64,000 bases of DNA from Octopus sinensis (Eukaryota). Below the pieces are notes generated by a model. The model saw only the letters and a list, made by a program, of their open reading frames with translations, did no database searches and was not told where the DNA came from. Below, piece after piece: positions 40,045 through 52,981 of this stretch. The DNA is taken from assembly GCF_006345805.1 (NCBI RefSeq), contig NC_043001.1, positions 32,364,001-32,428,000 on the forward strand, written 5' to 3'. The position numbers were made by a program, and so were the translations under genes. Position 1 is the first letter of the stretch; the number at the start of each line of letters is the position of its first letter.

Positions 40045-40367
40045 GACTTTGCCTTTCATCCTTTCGGGGTCGATAAATTAAGTACCAGTTACGCACTGGG
40101 GCCGATATAATCGACTTAATCCGTTTGTCTGTCCTTGTTTGTCCCCTCTATGTTTAGCCCCTTGTGGGTAATAAAGAAATAGGTATTTCGTTTGCTCGCT
40201 AGTTTCTGAGCTCAAATTCCGCCGAGGTCGACTTTGCCTTTCATCCTTTCGGGGTCGATAAATTAAGTACCATTTACGCACTGGGATCGATGTAATCGAC
40301 TTAATCCGTTTGTCTGTCTTTGTTTGTCCCCTCTATGTTTAGCCCCTTGTGGGCAATAAAGAAATAA
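40045..40367 (+). mobile_element. Two tandem 5'-truncated SINE family A copies
   Basis: TCGACTTTGCCTTTCATCC...AATAAAGAAATA occurs twice, ending near 40181 and 40367. Confidence 0.88.
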
Positions 40368-40857
40368 GTAGGGAACAATCTCATTGCAAATAGTATTGAC
40401 ACGTATGTGATAGGCAGCGGTGCAGTGGTGTTACTTGGAGGCAGGGGGAAACTATCCCCTTCCTTATAATCAGCATAATCTGCTACTGGTGCAGGAGTGA
40501 ACTTAACTAAAATTATTTGGCTTAAACAGCACCATATTTTTTTGTACAGCTAAGTAGCACCAACCCTTAGAAATTCCAGGTTGGTGTCCGGCGTGCTGGG
40601 TGACAGCTGGGAGTGAGGCATATCTTAGATTTTGTTAAGACATATCTTTAGAACCTACTTTAGTCTCAGGGTGCATCTACTCTGATAATCGGTGGTGGTA
40701 ATCGGCGGCAAAATGGGCTGCTACGGATCACGCTATCTCAAAGTGTGTATGCATGTGACCGAGGCCCACATGTAAACTGGTGTTCCCACTGAAACTCCGA
40801 ACATGAACTACTCGTTGATCGGAGCTGGGTGAATGCCGCTGCAAATACATGTACAAG

Positions 40858-41146
40858 TTGTTGTTTGTTCCTTCTCGAGCCACGCCTGGCTCATAACGGT
40901 CGGTTTCCCGGTTTCCTTGGTGTATAGGTTCCCCACCTGAGCGAGACGTCGGTCCGTCACAGGTGAGCTGCTAGATGCAGGAGGAAAGAGTGAGAGAAAC
41001 TTGTGGCGAAAGAGTCAGCAGAAGTTCGCCATTATCTTCTTCCGGAGCCGCGTAGAGCTTAGGTGTTTCGCTCATAAACACACACATCACCTGTGATCCC
41101 TCGACCGCGAGTCCGCTGCTCTAACCACTAGGCCATGTGCCTCCAC
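40858..41146 (-). mobile_element. Chimeric SINE (family D head and body, family C-like tail)
   Basis: 11-bp TSD ACATGTACAAG at 40847-40857 and 41147-41157; (AAC)n-like tail; head matches 49431. Confidence 0.85.
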
Positions 41147-41479
41147 ACATGTACAAGCAAGTTCAACCAATTGTAGGAACAGAACTAATAAATATTTCTT
41201 GATAATGTGTACGTTATTTTCATGATTAAGAAATGTCCTTGAAATTTTTATGCTATATATACAATAAGGATAACTATCAGTGAAGATTTAAAGGCCTTCC
41301 CCTGCAAGTGCCAACCTTTTCTCTATAATGTTTGTAGCCAAGTGAAGTCATATGAGTAAAAATTCTATATCAGTTTCCTGCTTTGCAGCTCACTCTTTTT
41401 CAAACATATTCAGTTCCACAGTAGACAAAATTTTCTGGGTGTGACCCTACGCCATTTATCAGTCATTCATTTATCAAAT

Positions 41480-42500
41480 ATCTTGTTGAACTTGATGCGG
41501 ACTCTCTAATGTTGGAAAACCTGTTATGTTGCGGATACAGTTCGCTAATGTTTTTCCAAAAGCTGTTCATAGGTGAGGACTACACTTTATCTTATAACTT
41601 GCCAATATTATACGCGGCATGTATCGTGATGGAATTTTTACCTGAAGTCTTTAAGTGTGTCTTCATTCTCTCTAAAATTAATTTTATGAATTGTTTAAAG
41701 TTCTCAGGTAATATATAGGAAATTTAGGTACCACGCCATGTTCACCAGGTGGAACAATAAAGATGTATTTTTGAGAAAATATTCGATTCTTACATTATCA
41801 CAAAGATCACTGAAGTTCACCGATGGAATCAGTGAACTATCTAAAAACAGCAATGTCGTTGAGAAATATTATGCCTGGCACTGTAAGGCTAAAAATAAAT
41901 TTTTTACCAGTATCGGAAACGGCTCATATTTATCAAGCTTTCTTTGCATATCAAATCACCGCTAGATTAAATTTAGCATTGTTCTTGAAAGTCCTTTCTT
42001 CTGGAACAGATACCCGAGTGTGACTCTAATTCCATATCAGAAATATTTTTCCACGAATAGCTCCAAGGGAATCTGAAATCTGGTGATGACTTTTCTTCTC
42101 AAGAAATAAAAGTCATAGTAAGCTTTGTCTCCAATAAAGCCCGGTTTCATCAATATTGTTCTATTTCTCAAGTGTACACCTTTCTTCTATCAATAATCAT
42201 CATGATCATTAATATCAACTTCTGTACAGCAGTGACAGATTCACAGGTCATTTTAATGTTGCAGCCATAACTAGCAAGAAAAATTTTGTATCAGAAGTTG
42301 AATTTTCCACTTCGGCATATTGTCATACACATGTTTTAGATCTCCTTTGAATGACCATCTTGTTTATTGGTAAATTATCACCAATGTTATTGTTGATCCA
42401 CACACATTCAAGTGCAGTTCGGATTAAATCATCACTTCAGATTTATCAAAACGCTATATTTGGGCGTTTAATGTTGTAGCCGCAGGATCCCTTTCGTAAA
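41480..42500 (-). pseudogene. pogo/Tigger-like transposase fossil
   Basis: The minus strand yields VWINNNIGDNLPINKMVIQ (CENP-B-type HTH region) and NIDETGLYW...TFIS*EEKSSPDF (first catalytic Asp motif). A weaker DF.KKF-like C-terminal segment follows; many stops and frameshifts. Confidence 0.72.
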
Positions 42501-43208
42501 TGTTCCCTTCATTGTCAGAGTCTGCTCTCTTTCTATGGTCACATCACTTTCCAATATGGCTGATTTTTCTTCTGCAACAGACATTTTTTAAACATCAGGT
42601 TTAGCGCCCTGAATAGGCCCTTTACAATCCATTTTCATCCGCTGTTTTCAATTTCACAAAATGGACACTTCCCAGTTGTTTTAGTATGGTAATCTATTAC
42701 AATTTACGCTTTTGTATAAGTAACAGTCAATAAAAACACACCAAAGATTCTGTAGAACATAGTGATATCCTATGTAGAAAGAGGTCGTGGGCGTTGAATA
42801 GGAAGAAAAACTGTTTGGTTAAAGCTTCAAGTAATGCCCAAGCTGATTTATTTGCATTGTACGCATACGAGATTGGGGTATTGCTAAGGAAGACGGTTGT
42901 AATTATTGGCATGTAAGTCGGGATCGACTAAAATTTATTAGTGCACTAGGTAAGTCGGAAGAGGGAGGTGGGTGAGGTTGAAATAATTGGATAAATGTAT
43001 AAAATAATTTCTTGGGGCAAAAAGTGTTCATGTTTTATTAAAAGTCTTCATCGTGGCGAAATACAATGAATAGTAAAAAAAAGACGTTAAAAGCGTTTTT
43101 TAAATAGCTGGAAGTTCATTATTTTTCATAACTTGCCCCATTTCCCATTTAGGAACCTTTAAAAATTTCATAGATGTCTTTTTTGTTACATGTTCATCCA
43201 TCGCACGT

Positions 43209-43240
<32 letters not shown>

Positions 43241-43277
43241 ATGAAGACGCTCAATGCATAAATGTTTAACTTAATAT

Positions 43278-43501
43278 GGTTTATTGCCCACATGGGGCTA
43301 AACACTGAGGAGACAAACAAGGACAGACAAAGATTAAGTCGATTACATCGACCCCAGTGCGTAACTGGTGCTTATTTAATCGGCCCCGAAAGGATGAAAG
43401 GCAAAGTCGACCTCGGCGGAATTTGAACTCAGAACGTAACGTCCGACGAAATACAGCTAAGCATTTCACCCAGAGTGCTTACGATTCTGCCAACTCGCCG
43501 C
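43278..43501 (-). mobile_element. SINE family A, full length
   Basis: 21-bp TSD CATAAATGTTTAACTTAATAT at 43257-43277 and 43502-43522. Confidence 0.92.
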
Positions 43502-43679
43502 CATAAATGTTTAACTTAATATAAGTAAAAATATCGCATTATCAAAGATTATTGATATTCCCATAAAGCCATTAAAGTCTATAGAAGTGGACTGTTCATA
43601 TTTTTCCCCATCACCACTAAATGTATATAAGCATAAAAACAGATATGTGTGTGTGTACAAATATATACACATATATATA

Positions 43680-43865
43680 TTCTTTTATTTGTTTCAGTCA
43701 TTTTGGAGCACTTATTTTGGTCGAAGAAATCAACCCAGGACTTATTCTTAGTAAGCCTAGTACTTATTCAATCGGACCCTTTTGCCGAACCGCTAAGGGG
43801 GACATAAACACACCAACGTCGGTTGTCAAGCGATGGTGGGGTAACAAACTTACACACGCACACAA
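43680..43865 (-). mobile_element. SINE family B, 3' half
   Basis: TTTCAGTCATTTTGGAGCAC...TTTTGCCGAACCGCTAAG...GGTTGTCAAGCGATG. Confidence 0.8.
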
Positions 43866-44374
43866 ATATATATATAAAGTACAAAATGGGACGTAAAACA
43901 TCCGGACAACTAGGTGATACAAAAAAAGACAACAAAACATCCAGATAGACGAGACAAAAAACAAGGACGGGTCATTCGAAGCTTTCTATCCTCAGTCAAG
44001 AACCGGATCATCCTCGCAATTTCGGCTGATTGATCTTGAGATTGCTCTTATCTGGCCAGCCCCAAAAAAATACCTAAGCTAAGAGCATTAGATTCCTTGG
44101 AAGAAAGCATCGAATGTATACGAAAGCAAAGACGGAAAAACAGACAATGTTACACAAATATAAATACAATATAAATAATAACAGGTCATAACAACAGGTG
44201 TCTTTCGACTGGGGACGAATTGAATTCAGCTGGCGTGTGTGGAAATGAAGCATATCATTATATCACTTTATCAGATGCTGCTACACACTACTGGTCTTAA
44301 TGCCCTTTCTCGCATTCTTGAAGTTTTTCAATGATGGAACTTCGCTGGCAAAGTGGGCAGGCCAACATTGCTCC

Positions 44375-44542
44375 AGAATGGAACGACAGTCCGTCGCAAA
44401 GTTACCCATTTTCACAGTAGTGGATTGGAGCAACGTGAAATAAAGTGTTTTGCCGGAGAACACAACGCACCTTCGTCTGGGAACCGAGATAATGTTCTGG
44501 TGATCGTGAGTGCAACGCATTAACGACAAGGCCAGGAGCCTT
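44375..44542 (-). mobile_element. SINE family C, degraded
   Basis: GTGGATTGGAGCAACGTGAAATAAAGTG...GAACACAACGC is the reverse complement of the family C body. Confidence 0.65.
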
Positions 44543-44576
44543 AAAATACACACACACGCACACATATATAGGTACC

Positions 44577-44794
44577 CTTTTACTTGTTTTAGTCATTTGA
44601 CTGTGGCCATGCTGGAGCACCGCCTTTAGTCGAGCAAATCGACCCCAGGGCTTATTCTTTGTAAGCCTAGAACTTATTCTATCGGTCTCTTTTGCCGAAC
44701 TGCTAACTTATGGGGACGTAAACACAACAGCATCGGTTGTCAAACGATGTTAGGGGGGACAAACACAGACACACAAACATATACACACACATGC

Positions 44795-44831
<37 letters not shown>

Positions 44832-44971
44832 CATTTATACGACGGACTTCTTTCAGTTTCCGTCTACCAAATCCACTCACAAGGCTTTGTTCGGCCCGAG
44901 GCTATAGTAGAAGACACTTGCCCAAGGTACCACGCAGTGGGACTGAACCCGGAACCGTGTGGTTCGTAAGC
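44577..44971 (-). mobile_element. SINE family B, near full length
   Basis: Reverse complement of 61339-61730, including the central TA/CA microsatellite. Confidence 0.9.
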
Positions 44972-45093
44972 ATACATACATATATATATACGTATATACA
45001 TACATATAATGACTAGGCCAAGCGCATTCAAAGTACACATAGGTGATAAACATATATTTGCATATATGTGTGTATACACACACACACACACAC

Positions 45094-45172
<79 letters not shown>

Positions 45173-45502
45173 TATATATATATAATATATATATGCGCCT
45201 ACGTATACATGAGTACAAACTATGTCCTTGTTCTCATGTAACTATAGATACATGAGTATAGGCATCAACACCTGTTTAATCTCTATATCATTTAATCTCT
45301 ATATCAATTTATAGGAAGAGAATCTATTCACACCCCGACGCATCCTTTCAATGTGGATTTTCTCTCCGTTGCACGTCCATAAATAGAAAGCAGGGTGGTT
45401 TGAAAGTTAATACGGTCATTTAAGCAGATAGAGAAAACTGTGTAAAAATGGATCGGGAAGCAATGAATAGATATACTAAATTTAAAATTAGTTTGAGAGA
45501 GG

Positions 45503-45550
<48 letters not shown>

Positions 45551-45799
45551 GAGAGAGGGAGAGAGAGAGAAAGAGAGGGAGGGAGAGTTAGGGAGAAGGA
45601 GAGAGTAAGAGTATGAGTGATTTTGAAGGGGACATATGGGAGATCACCGGATAGTAGAAATATAGTGATAGTTAGATACATAGATAAGGACGCAAATTCG
45701 TGAAGCGTTCCATATTTTTTTTAAGTGGCGGTGCCCCAGCATGGCCACAGTTCGTGAGCTGAAACTAGATAAAATAAATTTTTTAAAAAAATGCATACA

Positions 45800-45833
<34 letters not shown>

Positions 45834-46211
45834 CATACATACATATATGTATACATACATATAGTTGACATACATACATATAGTTGACATACATACATAT
45901 AGTTGACATACATACATAGACAACTAGATAGATAGATAGATAGATAGATAATCTGGTTTTAGATAGAAGGGACGTCAGCTGTTCGATACGAAAGACTGCA
46001 AGTAATGGTAGGAGAGGACGGGAGAGAATAACAACGAGAAAGAGAGAGAAAATGAGAGAGATGATAGAGCGGAGAGAGTGAGCGCTGATAATAGAAAGAA
46101 ACAGAAAGGAAAAAAACAAAACAAATGGTTTGAAAGTGAAAGTAGAAAACAACAAAAAAAGGAAGAAATATTTTACAGTGGTTGTCCCATACTTAATACA
46201 GTATTCGAAAA

Positions 46212-46556
46212 CAGTGATACCTCGCAGTACGAGTTTGACCGAGCTCGTCTTACGAGTTACTCGTTTTACGAATCAATTTTCCCCATTGATTAATCCGTTC
46301 CAGCGCCAAAAAGCCCTCAAAAATAATTTTTTCTATGGGTTTTTAAAACAGAAAGGTGTTGTTACAAGTAAAATGACAATTATAAAAAAGAGAATGCAAA
46401 CCTGGTTTTATTAACTGAATTGTCTTAAAGATGGGACGATTTGAGCGCTCGTACTGCGGATTTCCGCTCGTACTTCGAGACAAAAATTCACACGTCTCTC
46501 GACACGTACAGCAAATTACTCGTACAATGGTGCACTCGTACTGGGAGGTTCTGCTG
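46212..46556. mobile_element. Tigger/pogo-type MITE
   Basis: TIR CAGTGATACCTCGCAGTACGAG / CTCGTACTGGGAGGTTCTGCTG; TA on the right flank. Confidence 0.7.
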
Positions 46557-46644
46557 TATTATTATAATACTTAATGCTGTCATGTTTGGGACACATTCTG
46601 TATGTATGCGTATACATAAATAAAATAACTATTAATGACAGACA

Positions 46645-47046
46645 GGCGCAGGAGTGGCTGTGTGGTAAGTAGCTTGCTAACCAACCACATGGTTCCGGAT
46701 TCAGTCCCACTGCGTGGCATCTTGGGTGAGTGTCTTCTGCTATAGCCCCGGGCCGACCAATGCCTTGTGAGTGGATTTGGTAGACGGAAACTGAAAGAAG
46801 CCTGTCGTATATATGTGTATATATATGTATGTGTGTGTACGTGTTTGTGTGTTTGTGTTTGTCTCTCTAGTATTGCTTGACAACCGATGCTGGTGTGTTT
46901 ACGTCCCCGTTACTTAGCGGTTCGGCAAAAAGAGACCGACAGAATAAGTACTGGGCTTACAAATAATAAGTCCCGGGGTCGATTTGCTCGATTAAAAAGG
47001 CGGTGCTCCAGCATGGCCGCAGTCAAATGACTGAAACAAGTAGAAG
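46645..47046 (+). mobile_element. SINE family B, full length
   Basis: Head GGCGCAGGAGTGGCTGTGTGGTAAG, B-box-like GGATTCAGTCCC, internal microsatellite, tail GGCGGTGCTCCAGCATGGCCGCAGTCAAATGACTGAAACAAG. Confidence 0.92.
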
Positions 47047-47522
47047 AGAAAAGAGAAAGAGAGATGGATGAATAGATATATAGGGAGAGAGAGGAAGAGA
47101 GAGAGGAAGAGAGGGAGACAGAATGAGTGATGGAGGGAAGAAGAGGACGAAACTGAAAGTGAAAGTTGTGTATCGGTATGATTGTGCCAGGAGGCATCAC
47201 GAGGAAAATGTTATCGGAATAATAACTGGCAGCAGCAACACAGTAGGTGAGTTTAGCGAGGTGGGATGAGTGGGATTAGAAATGAAAGAGAATGAACGTG
47301 AGTGCGTGTGAGCGTGAGAGAGGGAGAGAGAGAGAGAGAGAGGAAGGGAGAGAGAGAGAGATAAATAGAGGAAAGAAAAGAGGATGAGGAAGAGAAGAGA
47401 GGAATAAATACGCTGTAAAAACCAGATGGGAAAGGAAAATAAGATAAAATCAGTATTCGTAAAACCGAGAAAATGCACGAAACACAGAACTAGAGGTGTT
47501 TAATATAAACATATATATATGT

Positions 47523-47554
<32 letters not shown>

Positions 47555-47558
47555 GTAT

Positions 47559-48101
47559 TGGCTGTATGGTAATTAAGTAGCTTGCTTACCAACAACATGG
47601 TTCTGGGTTCAGTCCCATTGCGTGGTACCTTGGGCAAGTGTCTTCTACTATAGCCTCGGGTCGACCAAAGCCTTGTGAGTGGATTTGGTAGACGGAAACT
47701 GAAAGAAGTCCGTCGTATACATACATACATATATACATATATATAACTTAGAATAACTTAGAAAGGTTTTGGCCAGTATTGGCCCAGGCCATGTCTAACT
47801 TTATATATATATATATATATATATATAACTACTGAATCATTATTGTATATAGCATAATATATATCCATATGTATGTATGTTAGTATGTATGTCTGTATCT
47901 GTGTGTGTGTGTGTGTGTGTGCATGTGTGTGTCTCTATGTCTATTTGTCCCACCATCACCACCGGTATTGCTGTGTTTACATTCCTGTAACTTAGAGCTT
48001 CGGCTAAAGAATCCGATAGAATAAGTATTTGGCTTTAAAAAAATAAGGCGTGCACCAACATAGCCGCAGTTAAATGAGCGAAGCGGGTAAAAGAATAACA
48101 G
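47559..48101 (+). mobile_element. SINE family B, 5' half (47559-47717) and 3' half (about 47890-48101)
   Basis: Both halves align to family B and are separated by an expanded microsatellite with inserted sequence. Confidence 0.75.
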
Positions 48102-48161
48102 AATAATAGAACTCACACACACAAATACAAACATATATATATATATATACATATATATGGA

Positions 48162-48538
48162 TGGAAGCACTCCGTCGGTTACGACGTTCGAGGGTTCCAG
48201 TTGATCCGAATCAACGGAACAGCCTGCTCGTGAAATTAACGTGTAAGTGGCTGAGCACTCCACAGACACGTGTACCCTTAACGTAGTTCTCGGGGATATT
48301 CAGCGTGACACAGAGAGTGACGAGGCCGGCCCCTTTGAAATACAGGTACAACAGAAACAAGAAGATAGAGTAAGAGAAAGTTGTGGTGAAAGAGTACAGC
48401 AGGGATCACCATTATCCCCTGCCGGAGCCTTAGGTGTTTTCGCTCTATAAACACTCACAACGCCCGGTCTGGGAATCGAAACCGCGATCCTATGACCGCG
48501 AGTCCGCTGCCCTAACCACTGGGCCATTGCGCCTCCAC
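48162..48538 (-). mobile_element. SINE family D
   Basis: Reverse complement of 49431-49813 with high identity. Confidence 0.92.
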
Positions 48539-48539
48539 A

Positions 48540-48595
<56 letters not shown>

Positions 48596-48629
48596 CTATA
48601 TATATATATATATAATATATATATATATA

Positions 48630-48726
<97 letters not shown>

Positions 48727-49430
48727 ACAAAGAAATTACTATCTCTTTTTTCATTTTTTTTCTTTTTTCCTCCTTTTTCTTTTTCTTTTCTTTTTTCCTG
48801 TCACTTTGACATACTTATTTATTTTTAGTGATATTTCATTAGTGGTTCGATATCTATTAAATCCATTACTGGTGACAATTCTTTGAATTCCACCGTTATT
48901 CCTGATGGGTCAGTGTTATCTCCACACATTTCTTGTAGCCTTTTATAACTTTCCTCTTCAATTACTATCGCCTTCATGTCCTCTGCATATATGTATACTG
49001 GTATCTTTACTCTTACTATTTGGTTGAACTTCAGTATTTTCTTCTCTGTTTCAATATTTTTCGACTAGGTTACGTAATACCATACACCGTTCCCTTTAAT
49101 TTTCTTTCTTTTATTTTGGCTTTTCTGTTCTCGCATTTCCTCCTCCACTCTAAACAGTCTCTCCAATCCTTCTTCGGCCAGCTGAATTTCCGAATCCTTT
49201 TGGCTTTTTTTATAAATGGGAGAGAGATAGATAGAGAAAGAAAAAGAGTAAGAGAACGCGAGGGAGAGTCCGAGAGAAAGGAAGAGTAAGAGAGTGGGAA
49301 ATTGAGAGAGAAAGGAGAGAGAAACAAAGAGGGAGAATGTGGCGATAAGAAACAGAAAGGAAGCAACAGACAGTAAAAACCACACCCTCACCCGCGCGTG
49401 GATCGGGTCACCTTAAGCTAGTATATATAT

Positions 49431-49813
49431 GTGGAGGCGCAATGGCTCAGTGGTTAGGGCAGCGGACTCGCGGTCATAGGATCGCGGTTTCGATTCCCAG
49501 ACCGGGCGTTGTGAGTGTTTATTGAGCGAAAACACCTAAAGCTCCACGAGGCTCCGGCAGGGGATGGTGGCGATCCCTGCTGTACTCTTTCACCACAACT
49601 TTCTCTCACTCTTTCTTCCTGTTTCTGTTGTACCTTGTATTTCAAAGGGCCGGCCTTGTCACTCTCTGTGTAACGCTGAGTATCCCCGAGAACTACGTTA
49701 AGGGTACACGTGTCTGTGGAGTGCTCAGCCACTTGCACGTTAATTCCACGAGCAAGCTGTTCCGTTGATCGTATCAGCTGGGACCCTCATCGTCGTAACC
49801 GACGGAGTGCTCC
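49431..49813 (+). mobile_element. SINE family D
   Basis: tRNA-like head GTGGAGGCGCAATGGCTCAGTGGTTAGGGCAGCGGACTCGCGG...GGTTTCGATTCCC. Confidence 0.92.
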
Positions 49814-50100
49814 TATATACTATATATATATATATATTTGAAAGTGTTTCTGAAAATTACTTAATACAGTTTTTAAGTAAAAAGAGGATTTTTGAAAAAA
49901 ATTATTCAAAAAGAAAAAGTCATAAAATCTTCTATCAGCATGTCACTAACGTTTTTGGTAGATTTTTTTGTCCTCGTGTGTGCGAGCGCTTTCGATTATT
50001 CTTTTAATTAATTTATGCGCTCCCACACACTGGCGCTTTAACAACCTGATAAAAGATTTTATAACTTTTTTTAAAATCTTCTTGATATATATATATATAT

Positions 50101-50389
50101 ATTATATATAAGGGCTTAGTAAAATAAATTACTTTGCCACATACTGAACTCATTAGAAATAGCAGCTAAAGAAATTTCTTCAGCTATTTCTAATACTTAA
50201 AGAAGATCTCTCTCAGATAGTGTTTGCCTAAACTAACTCACAAAAGTATGTGAGTTAGTTTAGGCAAACACTATCTGAGAGAGATCTTCTTTAGTATTAG
50301 AAATAGCTGAAGAAATTTCTTTAGCTGCTATTTCTAATGAGTTCAGTATGTGGCAAAGTAATTTATTTTACTAAGCCCTTATATATAAT
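50101..50389. repeat. Near-perfect fold-back palindrome (142/141-bp arms, 6-nt loop)
   Basis: Loop AAAGTA at 50243-50248; the only difference seen is one extra T. Confidence 0.95.
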
Positions 50390-50556
50390 GTAATATTTTG
50401 AATTCGCCTATAATGGTCCCTTTACATACTGAATACTTGGTGAAATTGATTAATAATTAATTAATTTTACCCTCAATTGTTGAAAATATATATATATATA
50501 TATATAAAATAAGTGTAGGTGGCATACGAGTAGGTATACATTTATAAAAAGTTTGA

Positions 50557-51001
50557 AAATGCCACTATATAAGATAAATTTTAATTTTCTTAGAGATTTT
50601 ACATGTTTCGGTTCTTCTTGACAAAAACGAACCTTATCAAAAATATTTTTAAAAGTTAAGTGTAAGAAAAAAAGCTCATATTGTTTCTTACTAGTCTCAA
50701 TAGAGTCCACGTTGTGGTGTTTTGTGGTGGGGAGCATAATGGCTGTCTTGTGCGTTGACTAGATTCTGGTCATTTTCACAATTTCAGTCAACGAATCTAG
50801 TCAACGCGCAAGACAGCCATTATGGTCCGCACCACAAACACCACCACTAGTCTGTTGAGACTAGTAAGAAACAATTATGAACTGTTTTTTTTATTACACT
50901 TTACATCTAAAAATATTTTTGATAAGGGTCGTTTTTTCAAGAAGAACCGAAACATGTAAAATCTCTAAGAAAATTAAAATTTATCTTATATAGTGGCGTT
51001 T
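50557..51001. mobile_element. Diverged long-TIR fold-back element (about 205-bp arms, 26-nt spacer)
   Basis: GCCACTATATAAGATAAATTTTAATTTTCTTAGAG...GACTAGATTC, spacer 50767-50792, then the reverse complement with substitutions and indels. Confidence 0.8.
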
Positions 51002-51547
51002 ATATATATGCACGTACTGCAGCGTGTTAAGGGATGTCATATGTTTTGATTGCTGACATATAACTCACTGCAGAATTATAGTGGACGCCAAATCGTCAGT
51101 TTATTGATAAAAATCATAGCGGAGTAATCTCCTTTAGTAATAAGTACAGCACCACATATGGATGTATAAAATATCAACTACTCCACTTTGAATATTATCA
51201 CTTGAACAAATATGTATTACATGAATAGACTATTTGATAAGATGGATGACGTAGTGAAGCTCATTCGCTGGAACATTTTCGTCTTACGATCCAAGTTGCA
51301 ATGCAAACAGCTTAAGAATATACATAACGCCTGAAAAAGACTCTAAAGTGTCCTGCCACTGTAATATCCAAAACTGATCTTGTAGACATGATAACTAACA
51401 ACATACACTTCCGTAATTATGTTAAGATCGATAAAAAAAAATTTGCTCTGACATTTAGAATTTCAAGAATTCTAAAACTATTTTTATTTTTTCCGATAAA
51501 ACCAATAAGCTATATAAAGTAGAAAATGGTGTGTGTTTGTATGTATG

Positions 51548-51569
<22 letters not shown>

Positions 51570-51583
<14 letters not shown>

Positions 51584-51599
51584 TTGATAGATAGATAGG

Positions 51600-51647
<48 letters not shown>

Positions 51648-51700
51648 CAGACAGATAGATAGATAGATAAGTAGATAGACAGACAGATAGATAGATAGAT

Positions 51701-51776
<76 letters not shown>

Positions 51777-51778
51777 TA
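51570..51778. repeat. (GATA)n tetranucleotide tract
   Basis: Direct reading. Confidence 0.95.
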
Positions 51779-52103
51779 AGCTACTACTTACAATATAATG
51801 TTGATGCAAAAAACATTTGGTTATCTCGTAAATTGCAACGAGCTAATAGTTTAAAATGTCTGGCAAAGAGTCAGGCATACCTCAAGCAAAAGGACAATAA
51901 AGAAAATTTTGCATCTATTCCAGCATTTAGACTTATTTTCTCAGATAAACGGACATTGGGCAAGTCTGGAAGAAGATTAGTAATAGCATTATAAAATACA
52001 TCCATTTAGAAGTAAGCCGCTAATTAGAACTGTTAATAATAAATATGACTCTAGCTTATCCCAGTTTCAGACTGTTGATTTTTATCCTTCGATCTCTCAA
52101 GTA

Positions 52104-52615
52104 CCGTAAATCCTCGAGTATAATCCGCATTTTTTCCCCAAAATATAAAAGTCAAAATCCCAAGTGCGTACTATATACGAGGTTAAAAATGAAAAATATT
52201 TTTAAAGCAATATCCGAGTCTCTATTTGCTGTCCGGCAATGTTTATTCAGACGCATTTTGTGATGTCGGGCGCGAAAATACTTTACGTTAAGCCTGAAAA
52301 CAATGAAGTCATAAAAGAATCATCCATAACTTGCAGTAAGCAACATTTATTAAACGTTATTACTGTTCTTTCTTTATTTTCTGCAAACAAAATGCACAAA
52401 AAAGCTACACGTTTGCATTATGTTATATATACAATAATAATAAAGGACGTTACCGTATACAGTTTTACAAACCAAGGACGTTATATAAAGCTCCTTGACT
52501 CAAGTTAGAGAAGGGGTGCGTATTATACATAAAGTTTAGGTTTTTCAGAGGTACAGCCCCCTAAAAATCCCCTGCGTATTATACTCAAGGGCGGACTATA
52601 CTCGAGGATTTACGG
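52104..52615. mobile_element. Tc2/pogo-type MITE
   Basis: TIR CCGTAAATCCTCGAGTATAATCCGC / GCGGACTATACTCGAGGATTTACGG, with TA on both flanks. Confidence 0.9.
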
Positions 52616-52620
52616 TACTA

Positions 52621-52975
52621 GAATGCAAATTCAAAGACCAACTGAAGCTTTTCCGAGAAGCCGGAATCAACCTTAACGCCACAGAAATAGAAACAGCCGA
52701 CCTCAGCCAACCGTCCATCCAAGCGAAGTACAGTTCATTTCGGCTGTTGCAATGTCGAGGAGAGGAGAAAAACTTAAGAAAGAGATAAAAGAAAAGGCAA
52801 CGCAAATCCCGGCAACTCCAGTCAAGACTGCCACCTGTCTTGCCATGCGATCAATGCCCGAGATTGTTCCATTCCTGACTTGGCCTTCTGAGGCATGTCA
52901 GGTTTAAACATCATGGACTCACCAGAAACTTGGACACAAAAGGTGCCGTCCCCGACGACAACGATGATACATGTA
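52621..52975 (+). pseudogene. RTE-clade LINE 3' end fragment
   Basis: Frame reads KFKDQLK...KR*KKRQRK...CDQCPRLFHS*LGLLRHVRFKH, the typical RTE C-terminus with a C2H2-like finger; internal stops. Confidence 0.78.
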
Positions 52976-52981
52976 CATACT

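Noticed and set aside
43960-44250. Possible hammerheads around CTGAGGA and GAAAGACAC on the minus strand
   Set aside because: Stems I and III and the UH site could not be formed; the repeat identity is also unsupported within the window.
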